Shown: positions 36,865-46,258 of the stretch, piece after piece
How the letters are laid out: each line of letters opens with the position of its first letter
Numbering within the stretch: position 1 is the stretch's first letter
Source: Acidobacteriota bacterium
GTDB taxonomy: Bacteria > Acidobacteriota > UBA890 > WLXD01
DNA length: 64,000 nt
Reading direction: 5' to 3'
NCBI GenBank assembly: GCA_012103255.1
Contig: WLXD01000005.1
Location: forward strand, 202,560 to 266,559
The notes under the pieces: model-generated
Seen by the model: only the letters and a program-made list of their open reading frames with translations
Told to the model about the DNA's origin: nothing
The model's database searches: none
Made by a program: the position numbers and the translations under genes

Positions 36865-38955
36865 TCAATCGAAGTAGGAGTCGTCGTCCCACACCGGGTC
36901 TACGTTGGGGTCCCAGTCGGCATTGTTCCGCGGCGCGGGCGCGGGTCGCGACTCCTGACTCGCTGGTGCCTCGAAAACTTCCCAAGGTTCGATGAGCTGG
37001 CGAGGCAATTCCTGAAGAAATCGTGACGGCTGCTGCAGCAACGCGCCACCCGACCCGCCGGGCCGGACGATGGGATAGCTCAAGTAGAGCTCTTCGCGGG
37101 CACGAGTGGTGCCGACGTAGAAGATGCGACGCTCCTCTTCCTCGCCGTCCGGCTCCCCAAGAGCGCGAGGACTGGGCAGCGCGCCCTCAACGAGATGAAC
37201 GAAGAAGACAACCTTCCACTCCAAGCCCTTCGATTGGTGAACTGTTGAGAGCACCAACGGCCTCTCATCGGAGTCCCCTCCCCCCTTCACGTCTTGCCCG
37301 TACATTTCGCCGAGCAGCACCACCTCTTCGAGGAACCCCGCCAGTGTGTCGTATTGGGAGGCAAAAATTGCGAGCTGTTCGAGATCCTCGAGTCGCGAGT
37401 CGAAGTTGGTGAACTGCGCTCGAGCGAAATCCGCGTAGACCTCGAGTACCGCATTGATCGCCGCTTCGGGCGCGTCACGACACTCCACCACGGTTGCCAG
37501 GAGGCTCGTGAAGGCCGACCACCCGGCTCGCGCGCGGGTTGGTACGCCGGCCAGGACTTCCGAGGAAGCCAGCGCGTCCACAAATAGATCTGCCTCATCG
37601 TGACGCGTCAGCAGATCCCACAGGCGATCTGCAGTGACGTTCCCGATGCCCTGCTGCAACAACAAAGCGCGTCGGAAGGCCACCTCGTCGCGTGGGTTCA
37701 GCGCGAGTCGAAGATGCGCCGTGACGTCCTTGACGTGAGCTTGTTCGAAAAACCGCACTCCACCGCGGACGTCATACGGGATGTCCGCTCGCAGAAGGGC
37801 AGTTTCCACCGTGAGCCGATGTGAGTGCGCGCGATACAAGATCGCGATCTCGTGGAACGGAACGCCCTCGTCCCGCAGCTGCAGGGCGCGTTCCACAACG
37901 AAGCTCGCTTCCTGATCGGGATAGTTGCATGGCACCAGCGCGGGCAGCATCCCTGATTCGCGTCGCGAGAAGAGTTCCTTCGCATACTGGTTCACGTTGG
38001 CGGCGATGCTGGCGTTCGTCAGCGCGAGAATCTCGGGGGTCGACCGATAGTTCTCTTCGAGCTTGAACACTTCGGTGCCGGGATTGCGGTCCGGGAACTG
38101 CAGGATGTTGTCGTAGTGCGCTCCCAGGAACGCATAGATGCTCTGACAGTCATCGCCCACAACTGTCAGATTGCCGCCATTAGCCGACGCGAGCGTCTCT
38201 ACGATTTCGCCTTGCACCATGTTGGTGTCCTGATACTCGTCGACCAGGATGTAGCGGAATCGCTGTCCATAGCGCTGCAGGAGCTCGGGCTCGTTACGAA
38301 GGAGCTTGAGCCAGAGCGTAAGCAGGTCGTCATAGTCCATCGCATTGGCGTTTCGCTTCCGCTCTGCGTAGCGACCCGCGATGGCCACGACTTCCTCCTC
38401 CCACTCAGCGAACTGCGGATAGCGATCCACGAGCAGGTCCTCGAGTGGCGCCCGAGTGTTCGTATGCAGCGAGATCAGGCCGCCCAAAACCTTCGGTGTC
38501 GGAAAACGGCGACGCTCGGCTTTCACCCCCACGTCGGTGACGCAGAGTTTCAACAGATCTCGCTGATCCGAATCGTCGAGAATCGAGAACGTCTCGCTAA
38601 ATCCCAGGGCGGTGCCGTGCCGGCGTAGAAAGCGCGCGCCGACGGAGTGGAAGGTGCCGCCCCACAACCGTGCTGTGTCGACGTGGGTCAGTTCGCGAAC
38701 TCGCTCGACCATTTCCCGTGCGGCCTTGTTGGTGAAGGTCACCAACAAGATGTTGTCCATGGCAACGCCTTGCGACAGCAGCCACGCCACGCGATATGTG
38801 AGCGTGCGTGTCTTACCGGTCCCGGCTCCCGCAATAACGAGCTTCGGGCCCTCGCCGGCTGTCACGGCCAAGCGCTGCGCCTCGTTGAGGTCGGCGCCGA
38901 AATCTACTGCAGGAAGCTGACTAGGGCGTCGCTGTAGGACGAAACGTCGGGCCAT
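36865..38955 (-). CDS. UvrD/PcrA/Rep-family ATP-dependent DNA helicase (SF1)
   Basis: LNEAQRLAV... is followed by Walker A GAGTGKTRTL. The protein is 696 aa. Confidence 0.9.
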   Translation of the reverse strand: MARRFVLQRRPSQLPAVDFGADLNEAQRLAVTAGEGPKLVIAGAGTGKTRTLTYRVAWLLSQGVAMDNILLVTFTNKAAREMVERVRELTHVDTARLWGGTFHSVGARFLRRHGTALGFSETFSILDDSDQRDLLKLCVTDVGVKAERRRFPTPKVLGGLISLHTNTRAPLEDLLVDRYPQFAEWEEEVVAIAGRYAERKRNANAMDYDDLLTLWLKLLRNEPELLQRYGQRFRYILVDEYQDTNMVQGEIVETLASANGGNLTVVGDDCQSIYAFLGAHYDNILQFPDRNPGTEVFKLEENYRSTPEILALTNASIAANVNQYAKELFSRRESGMLPALVPCNYPDQEASFVVERALQLRDEGVPFHEIAILYRAHSHRLTVETALLRADIPYDVRGGVRFFEQAHVKDVTAHLRLALNPRDEVAFRRALLLQQGIGNVTADRLWDLLTRHDEADLFVDALASSEVLAGVPTRARAGWSAFTSLLATVVECRDAPEAAINAVLEVYADFARAQFTNFDSRLEDLEQLAIFASQYDTLAGFLEEVVLLGEMYGQDVKGGGDSDERPLVLSTVHQSKGLEWKVVFFVHLVEGALPSPRALGEPDGEEEERRIFYVGTTRAREELYLSYPIVRPGGSGGALLQQPSRFLQELPRQLIEPWEVFEAPASQESRPAPAPRNNADWDPNVDPVWDDDSYFD

Positions 38956-40700
38956 CTACGGAAGTGCGCTCGGCACGGCGAGATCCGACAGCGCCCAGGC
39001 TTGCCCGCCCGCACGGAGCCACCGCACGAGGTCGAAGCGCGCAGCCAACTGGTCGAGCGGTTCGGCGCTCGTCGAGGCTTCTATCTTCGCCTGGCTGGCG
39101 AACATGACTCCACGGAGCTGCTCGAAGAGTCCGGGTTGCTGGGGGTAGACAACTATGGCCGTGTCCGTGCCGGGGGCGAGGTCAGCTTCTCGCCGAGCTA
39201 CGCTCAGGGCAGCACGCAGCCCGCCGATCTCGTCGATAAGGCCCCGCTCGAGGGCCTGACGCCCCGTCCAGACGCGTCCCGAGGCCAACGCCTCCACGTC
39301 CCTGAGTTCCATTCCACGAGCCTCTGCGACCTTCTCAAGGAACGCGGCGTAGGTCGTATCGACCGAATTCTGGAGTCGCTGTCGCTGCTCGTCGGTGAGC
39401 GGTCGGGATTCATCGAAAATATCTGCGTTGCGGCCGCGCTTCACAGCCGAGTTTCCGACACCGAGTTTCTCGTAGGTCTCAGCTACATTGAAACGTCCCA
39501 TCACGACACCGATCGAGCCGGTGTACGTTCCCGGCATGGCGAGGATTCGGGGGTGCCGGCCATGGCGATCCAGTAGCCTCCCGATGCCGCGACGTCGGAC
39601 ATGCTGATGATCACAGGTAGTTCGGCGGCGGTTCGCTCGACCTCGCGCCAGATCACATCAGAGCCAGTCACGGCCCCTCCCGGGCTATCAACCCGGACCA
39701 CCACAGCACGCACGTTGCTGTTGCTTCGGGCTGCGCGGAGGGCAGCGGCAATACGATCGCCGCCGGCTAGTGTCCCTGACCCGAGGAATCCGGGCGCCGG
39801 GTTGCCCGGGACGATCATGCCGTCGACGTGCACGAGAGCGATGGCTGGCCGTCCGAGAGCCCACGTAGAGCTGCTTGCTGCGTTGTAGGTGCGGACACTG
39901 ACACGTTGCCCGGCCCCCACCAGGTCGTCTACCGCATCGTCGAATCCGAGGACGTCGACCAACTCGAGTTCCGCCGCCTCGGCAGCGGAGAGGAGCCCAA
40001 GGTCGATGGCGTGGCGGACAGCATCCGGCTCGAGACCGCGATCTTCCGCGATGCCGGAAACGAGCTGCTCGTAAAGGTCGTCCAGGAGAACTTCGATCGC
40101 CTCTCGTTCCTCTTCGCTCATCTCCGAGGCGGTGTAGGCAGACATGGCCGTCTTGTACGGGCCGGTGTGGAACGCCTCGAACTCAACTCCAACCGTGTCG
40201 AAGAGTTCCCGGTAATACTGGCGTCGACTGGAGAGGCCGAGGAGGTAGTTGCCCGAAGGAATCTGGACGATCGTGTCTGCCGCGGAGGCCACATATAGAT
40301 CGAGTAGTGACCCGATCTCGAGACGTGCGACGACTGGCTTCCCGGACTCGCGGAACGCGTGAACCGCGGAGCGGATCTCTTGGGCCTTGCCGAACCCGGA
40401 GAGCAGCGGCCCGATTCGAAGCACCACCCCGCTGATCCGGCTGTCATCTGCTGCGCGCCGAAGCGCAGAGTCGATCTCGCGGAGCGACAGAGCCCCTACC
40501 GGGTCGTCGCCGAAGACACGGCCAGGTTGTTCGACCACAGGACCTGACAGCGAGACAGTCAGGACGTTCTCGCCGGCAAGCGAAACCGATTCGCCAAGTA
40601 GTGCATCGACGAAACTGGTCGTGACCCAGAAGGCCATGATCATCACGCCGAAAATAAAGATCAGCCAGATCCACGGTCGTCGACGTGCCCGTTCGCTCAT
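38956..40700 (-). CDS. sppA: signal peptide peptidase SppA (S49, two-domain 67K type); frameshift at a G5 homopolymer
   Basis: There is an N-terminal TM. The S49 motifs are ...DVAASGGYWIAMAG... and ...MPGTYTGSIGVV.... The frameshift is at the GGGGG run at 39549-39553. Confidence 0.8.
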
Positions 40701-40717
40701 CCCCCACTCCCCACTGT

Positions 40718-40999
40718 TCAGCTTCGGACGTCGAATCCGTCGCCAAGGCCGTCGCTGCTGTCCAGATCACGGATCTCGATTCGCAGAACGTTGGCCGCCG
40801 GTGAACCTCGATGGCACCACTCGATGTAGCGCTCGATCGCCGCGGAATCTCCGCCTGCGTGAGCCTCAACCGTTCCGTCTTCGACGTTCCGGACCCAGCC
40901 TCGTAGCCCGAGGCGAGCGCCCGCCGCGCGTGCGTTGGCGCGGTAGAAGACACCCTGAACGCGTCCGTGGATTCGAAGTGAAACGCATCGATCAGCCAT
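40718..40999 (-). CDS. acyP: acylphosphatase
   Basis: LRIHGRVQGVFYRANARAAGARLGLRGWVRNVEDGTVE is the AcyP signature (VxGxVQGVxFR ... GWVRNxxDGxVE). Confidence 0.85.
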   Translation of the reverse strand: MADRCVSLRIHGRVQGVFYRANARAAGARLGLRGWVRNVEDGTVEAHAGGDSAAIERYIEWCHRGSPAANVLRIEIRDLDSSDGLGDGFDVRS

Positions 41000-41025
41000 C
41001 CCGGCAGATTGTACCGGGTCGGGGC

Positions 41026-42789
41026 TTACTCGCGTCGCCAGTCGCTCACTCGGACGGTGTACACGTGGGGGGTGAACGGCGGCAGGTTCGCGACGTCGAG
41101 GAAATCCGTGTCGAAGGCCCAGTCACGACCCGGCGCTTGATAGACGGGGCTTCCATACTTCCATGCGCCGATCGCTTGCTCGGCGTACCACAGATCGATG
41201 ATGCTGCCGCGGTAGACAAGCGTTTTGCCACTCCACTTCTCCACGAAGCGCAGCACGTTCTCGACGCCGCCGTTGTAGCTGCCCCACTGGGTCTCGGTGT
41301 TGCCGAGCATGACGGCCGCGTTGAGCTGCGTGTTTCCCGCGACGCGGCTGGACATCGACAGCGCGGAGTACGCAAGATCATCATCGGGGTCTGCCGTCGG
41401 TTGCCCGACGCGGCCCCAGTTGTTGCTCAACACAGTGATCGCGTCCGCCATCAACGCGGCACCAACCTTGTTCACGGTGTTGTAGTCGCCGCGAACGTAG
41501 AGTGGATTGTCGCTGGCAACTGTGAGCGGCGCGGTCAGGTCGGAGCCATTCGTCACCTTCACCGCGAAGCCGGTGCTGGTACTCGTCCACGGCTCCGCAT
41601 AGCCGTCCCAGTCGGCAGGGCCCCAGCAGCCCGCGCATCCGGACGTCCAGGCGGGCATGAGATCAGCGGGTTCGTCGGACGCCACGTAGATCAGGCCATT
41701 GGCAGGCCAGGCCGGCGAGCGCCCGAGCTTCTCCATGTCGACTTCGATCGTTAGCATGTCGCGCTGCTCGCGGGGGTCGAAGAGGACTGTCGCGCGCACC
41801 GCGTCGTCACCCGTGATGGGATCGGTGGTGCTGATCGGAATTCCGAGCCCGTCTACGGCGATCCCATTGAGGATCGTGAGATCTGCTTGATGCGACATCT
41901 TCGACGCCTGCATCTCCGTGGTGTCCGCTGACAGCGGCTTTTCGATCATCGACCGCGGATCCGTCGGGTCGGCGATTGTGAGATTCAAAGGCTCGATGCC
42001 ATGGACGGCGGACCGGACATTTCCGTTCCAACGATCGAGGGCATCTTCGTACCAGTCGGCGTCGTCAGAATCGAGTCCGTTCATGGAGGCGAATACTCCC
42101 GAGGACTCGCGGACCTCAACGTTCCCCTGCGACGCGCTCTTGTCTTTGCGGCGATGGTAGACGTCGCCGGCGGTGGTCAGCGAGGAGTCAATCGTCAACG
42201 TATTCCCGGTGTTCAGGTAGATGTCGTGATTGCTATGTACTCGTCCGTTCAAGAGCATCGTTGGGCCCGGGAGAATCTCCAGGTCGTAGTGATAGAAGAT
42301 CGCAAACTGGAAGATCGGGATGATGTCGAAGAGCACCCCCATTCCGACCGACGAGCGCCCGAGCGGCCAGTCTGTGGTTTCCGCCGTCACGTCGATGCTG
42401 AACGGCATCGTGTAGGCGTTGAGACCCTGGTAGTAGCCCGACTGCAGTGGTTCGATAACCTGGACCCCATCGTGCAGCACCGTGTGTGTAGTGAACGACG
42501 TGCCGGTTACTGTGGGCGCGGCGATAGACGACAGTTCGCCATCGGTAGGGAATCGACCGAGGCCTCGCCCGATTGTCACCATAGAGTCGACCGCTGCCTG
42601 GGCGGCCCCGTCGGCGCTGTAGAACGCCCGCGAAAGGCCACGGTAGTTACCCACGACTTCCATCTCGGTGGATGCCACGCGGGCACTGGCGCCTGCGATC
42701 GTTGCTACAAGCATGACGAGCAAGAGCGTCATGAGAAGACCGAACCCGCGTTCGTCGCGGAAGTGGCCGGATGGCGCTTGATCTTGCAT
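41026..42789 (-). CDS. type IV pilus minor pilin, PilX-like (PilX_N domain) with a large C-terminal domain
   Basis: RGFGLLMTLLLVMLVATIAGASARVASTEMEVVGNYR resembles the PilX N-terminal domain (GxALxxxLxxLxxLTxLGxxAxxxS). The protein is 587 aa and is the last gene of the minor-pilin operon. Confidence 0.6.
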   Translation of the reverse strand: MQDQAPSGHFRDERGFGLLMTLLLVMLVATIAGASARVASTEMEVVGNYRGLSRAFYSADGAAQAAVDSMVTIGRGLGRFPTDGELSSIAAPTVTGTSFTTHTVLHDGVQVIEPLQSGYYQGLNAYTMPFSIDVTAETTDWPLGRSSVGMGVLFDIIPIFQFAIFYHYDLEILPGPTMLLNGRVHSNHDIYLNTGNTLTIDSSLTTAGDVYHRRKDKSASQGNVEVRESSGVFASMNGLDSDDADWYEDALDRWNGNVRSAVHGIEPLNLTIADPTDPRSMIEKPLSADTTEMQASKMSHQADLTILNGIAVDGLGIPISTTDPITGDDAVRATVLFDPREQRDMLTIEVDMEKLGRSPAWPANGLIYVASDEPADLMPAWTSGCAGCWGPADWDGYAEPWTSTSTGFAVKVTNGSDLTAPLTVASDNPLYVRGDYNTVNKVGAALMADAITVLSNNWGRVGQPTADPDDDLAYSALSMSSRVAGNTQLNAAVMLGNTETQWGSYNGGVENVLRFVEKWSGKTLVYRGSIIDLWYAEQAIGAWKYGSPVYQAPGRDWAFDTDFLDVANLPPFTPHVYTVRVSDWRRE

Positions 42790-42800
42790 TGGATTGGCTC

Positions 42801-43625
42801 CTAGAACAGCACCAGCGATCTGGGTGTTACGCGCGTGGTGAGTTGAATGGTGGGCAGGCCGTCTCCGGCAAGGCGAGGGCCCTCAGTGCGGACATCCAAG
42901 CGGGCTTCGATGACCCGGATGAGCAACTGCTGAGCCGTACCGGTTGGGCTGAACTGCGCGGGCGGGACGGCGTTGTCGAAGAACGTGAAGCTCACTTGCG
43001 TCAGGTTTCTGGCGACGACTGCGCCGCTCCCTCCGTCGACTTCGCGGATCAAGTCGAAGATGCCGCCGCCCGCATCCTGCGCGCGGTACGAAACCGTCTG
43101 CACCACGGCCGCCGCCGCGCCATCATCCGGTGAATAGAGCTTGCTGAGTCCCGCGTGGGAGATCGTGTCCGGCCCGGTAGTGAGACCGGTGATCTGGACC
43201 ATGTCGATACTGCCGGTGGCGTCGTAGACCGCGATGAACTGCCCAATCGCGAACTGCGCGGCGTCGTCGACCACTAGCGCATCGGTCGTGCTGGCCATGG
43301 CGGTTGTCACGAACGTGGTGACTTGCCCACGATTTACGCGCATGTCGATGCCACCGTCGACGCGCGGCACGATAATCGGGAAGGGAGGTTGGAGGCGCGA
43401 GAGTCCGACTCCTGCCACCTGCAGGTCGCGCTGTACCTGTTCGAGCGCGATCCGCGCTGTCTGCTGGGCGTCGATCTTCGCTGCCGCATCTTCATAGTTG
43501 TCGCGAGTTGTTCCGAACAGCGTCGACACCCCGCCCAAGAGCATCAAGAACAGGGCGCTAGCGATCATCGCCTCGATGAGACTGAAACCTGCTTCGCTCG
43601 GGCGATGGTTAACGGAGATCTGCAC
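42801..43625 (-). CDS. type IV minor (pseudo)pilin, PilW-like
   Basis: The prepilin-peptidase motif G|FSLIEAMIASALFLMLLGG is present. The start is tentatively GTG 43625 (leader MQISVNHRPSEAG); the ORF track starts at 43688. Confidence 0.6.
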   Translation of the reverse strand: MQISVNHRPSEAGFSLIEAMIASALFLMLLGGVSTLFGTTRDNYEDAAAKIDAQQTARIALEQVQRDLQVAGVGLSRLQPPFPIIVPRVDGGIDMRVNRGQVTTFVTTAMASTTDALVVDDAAQFAIGQFIAVYDATGSIDMVQITGLTTGPDTISHAGLSKLYSPDDGAAAAVVQTVSYRAQDAGGGIFDLIREVDGGSGAVVARNLTQVSFTFFDNAVPPAQFSPTGTAQQLLIRVIEARLDVRTEGPRLAGDGLPTIQLTTRVTPRSLVLF

Positions 43626-44049
43626 GGAACGTCTCCACTCGGACTTCTCGGGTCGGACCGACAACGGAATTGCGTTCGCCGGCCACAAGAATGATGCGTT
43701 TCAAGATCGCCGACTCATCGGCGACCTCCCACCGGACATAGCGATCGGCGTCGCCGCCGTGGGGATCCTCCGAATAGCCTGTTACCGAGGTGGCGACACC
43801 ACCCCCGGCCGCCAGGGCGGGATCGTCGAACGGCAGTGCTGCGAGGTACTCCAGTCGGTCACTCGCGGCCACCGAGAGCTCGGTGGCGTCTTGAGCTGCC
43901 GACGACGTCAACGCCCCCATCATGAGCATCGGCGTGATCGCTAGGGCCAGGAACGACAGCAACATCATGGCCACGACAAGTTCGAGCAGCGACATCCCGT
44001 CGCCTGCGGCGTGCGCCGATGAGGGGGGTCTGATTGCTGAGCGGTCCAT
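43609..44049 (-). CDS. type IV minor (pseudo)pilin, PilV/GspH-like
   Basis: The leader ends in G, followed by MSLLELVVAMMLLSF (class III signal, Glu5). The protein is 146 aa. Confidence 0.6.
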   Translation of the reverse strand: MDRSAIRPPSSAHAAGDGMSLLELVVAMMLLSFLALAITPMLMMGALTSSAAQDATELSVAASDRLEYLAALPFDDPALAAGGGVATSVTGYSEDPHGGDADRYVRWEVADESAILKRIILVAGERNSVVGPTREVRVETFRADLR

Positions 44050-44100
44050 GTCGTTACTCCCGGCGGTTGACCCGAGGTTTCGGGCGCAGCCTGACTGAAC

Positions 44101-44127
44101 CTAGTGCAGGCACATGGGGTGCACTAG
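44101..44127. promoter_or_regulatory. 8-bp perfect inverted repeat CTAGTGCA-N11-TGCACTAG in the divergent pilin / O-antigen-ligase promoter region
   Basis: ctagtgcaggcacatggggtgcactag lies ~55 nt upstream of the PilV-like start (minus strand). It is divergent from the O-antigen-ligase-family gene. Confidence 0.3.
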
Positions 44128-44357
44128 GGGCCCAAGCGGTCCCGGTTTAACCTCGTCGGACACGAGCGGCAACCGCTCGCTACGCGTCAGCAGCGGTAGG
44201 CAAACAATTCTCTCAGGTGCGACCGCTGCGCCGGCTGAGATTGCCGTGCGAGTGCGGACTGGATATCGTCAACAAGGGCTTCCGATGTTTCGGAACTCCC
44301 GGGGCATCATCGCCTGGAGGCGAGCCGATTCGATTTCCTGCTTTTGCCACGTCATGG

Positions 44358-45659
44358 GTGGGCCGCGATCCCGCCGGCCAGGCGTTCCTCGCCCTGGGGC
44401 TCCTGTGGACGATTTCGATGCCGGTTTCGATCGCCGTGTCGCAGGCGGCGCTATGGCTCGCCGGCATCGTCTGGTGCGTCAACTGGTTGCGTAGCGAGCT
44501 GAACACCGGCGGGTATGTCCCGCAGCCGCAGCGTGGGCCGGCTGGCGACATCTTCTCCCTGGTAGGTACGCCTCTCATGGCCTTCTGGGGGCTCTCGGTG
44601 ATCTCGGCGCTTGCCTCAAGAGCGCCGGTTGAAAGTATGTGGACACTTCGGGATGTGTTCCTGTTCGCTGCTCCTCCGATCACCTACCTCGCTTTTCAGC
44701 ACCCGCGCATGCGGAATCTCGGAGTTCGGGTGTTCGCGATCGGCGTCCTCGCGGCCATTCTCCTTGGGCTCGGAGGGACACTGCTCGCGTTGCAGCGTGG
44801 CGAAGCGGTTGGCGTTTATCGACCCGATGGCGCCTTCGGCCATTACATGACCTACGCGGGCGCTCTTATGCTATCGATTCCCCTACTGCTTACCGTGCAG
44901 GGCCGGACGAGCTGGATTTGGCATCGTGCGATCGCAGTCGGCGCCGTGGTGCTGCTGGGCCTTACCATGACGAGGTCGGGGTGGATTGGATGCGCCGTCG
45001 GGCTGTCCGTGTGGGTGGCGAGCCGCTTCGTCAAGAGTTCGGCCGGGCGATCCGATGAGGCACCGCGTCGCAACTGGGCGGTCTACGGCACCGTGTTCTG
45101 CGTGTTGATTCTGGTTGCCATCATGGCTCTGTTGTCGCTGGCTGGGCCCGACACCCTCTTCGAGCGCGGCGCCTCGATCTTCTCGCTCGACAACCCGACC
45201 AACGTCGATCGACTGGCCATGGCAGCGACGGGGTTGCGGATCATACGAGCCCATCCCTGGCTCGGGATTGGTCCGGGGTTGATGGAGCGAGTCTACCCCG
45301 CATGGCGGGTGGACTGGGCGGTCCAGGAACACAATCCGCACCTGCACAACAACGTCATCCAGATCGCGGCTGAGCGGGGCCTCGTAGCATTGGCGGCGTG
45401 GGCGTGGCTGATGGCTGCGATTTGCGTTGGTGCGTGGCGGGTCCTGCGCTACGCGGGGCCGTTCGGTGAGGGCGGCCCCGAGGCGCGTGCTGCTCTCGCG
45501 GCCCTGGCGGCGTTCCTGACGATGGGACTGTTCGAGTACAACTTCAGCGACTCTGAAGTCCTGATGATCCTGCTGTTCGTGGTAACGCTGCCGTTCGCGG
45601 CAAGCTCCGGGATCGTCCAGGGTCGGCAGGCTTCGGATCCTGAAGCTGTCGGCGACTGA
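44358..45659 (+). CDS. O-antigen ligase family (Wzy_C) polytopic membrane protein
   Basis: It has ≥10 TM helices and the Wzy_C-type loop ...TMTRSGWIG ... NPHLHNNVIQIAAERGLVALAAW ... GLFEYNFSDSE. The start is uncertain: GTG 44358 is chosen, with ATG 44418 as alternative and the ORF-track start at 44217. Confidence 0.65.
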   Translation: MGRDPAGQAFLALGLLWTISMPVSIAVSQAALWLAGIVWCVNWLRSELNTGGYVPQPQRGPAGDIFSLVGTPLMAFWGLSVISALASRAPVESMWTLRDVFLFAAPPITYLAFQHPRMRNLGVRVFAIGVLAAILLGLGGTLLALQRGEAVGVYRPDGAFGHYMTYAGALMLSIPLLLTVQGRTSWIWHRAIAVGAVVLLGLTMTRSGWIGCAVGLSVWVASRFVKSSAGRSDEAPRRNWAVYGTVFCVLILVAIMALLSLAGPDTLFERGASIFSLDNPTNVDRLAMAATGLRIIRAHPWLGIGPGLMERVYPAWRVDWAVQEHNPHLHNNVIQIAAERGLVALAAWAWLMAAICVGAWRVLRYAGPFGEGGPEARAALAALAAFLTMGLFEYNFSDSEVLMILLFVVTLPFAASSGIVQGRQASDPEAVGD

Positions 45660-45689
45660 GACGGGTGAGACGCCCCATCGGGGCGGTGC

Positions 45690-46256
45690 TCAAGCCAGTC
45701 CGAGTTCGTCCGAGATTCCGGCGAGGGCGCCGACCACAACTTCGACGTGGTCCCGCATCTCGACGTCGAATTCCTCTGCGGCTGCCCGAAGGTGGCCACG
45801 ATCGATGGCACGACAGAAGCCCTTGTCCTTGAATTTCTTGGTCACGGACTTCACGGGCAGGTCGGTGATCGACTTCGACGGGCGAATCAGTGCCACCGCG
45901 ACAACAAAGCCGACAAGCTCGTCCACCGCATAAAGCGCTCGCGCCATTTCGGTGTCGCGAGCGACGCCGGTGTGGTCGGCGTGCCCGAGTACGGCGTCCA
46001 CGATCTCGTCCGAGTAGCCGGCATCGCGCAGAATCTGCGCGCCGACAAACGGGTGCTCCTCGAGCGACGGATGTTTCTCGTAGTCGAGGTCGTGGAGCAG
46101 CCCAACGATGCCCCAGAGGTCGGTGTCGCCACCACGCAGCGCTGCGTATGCGCGCATGGCGGCCTCGACACCCAGCCCGTGTTTGAGCAGGTTGGCGTTC
46201 TGGGTGTGCTCCGTCAGCAGAGCCCAGGCCTGCTCACGGGTTGCTCTCACCTGTGA
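45690..46256 (-). CDS. HD-domain phosphohydrolase
   Basis: The ...GLLHDLDYE..HP... HD motif is present, with additional His/Asp motifs. The start is placed at GTG 46256, directly after the upstream gene's stop. The ORF-track N-terminal extension is low-complexity Arg-rich and overlaps the upstream gene. Confidence 0.65.
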   Translation of the reverse strand, partial: SQVRATREQAWALLTEHTQNANLLKHGLGVEAAMRAYAALRGGDTDLWGIVGLLHDLDYEKHPSLEEHPFVGAQILRDAGYSDEIVDAVLGHADHTGVARDTEMARALYAVDELVGFVVAVALIRPSKSITDLPVKSVTKKFKDKGFCRAIDRGHLRAAAEEFDVEMRDHVEVVVGALAGISDELGLA

Positions 46257-46258
46257 CT

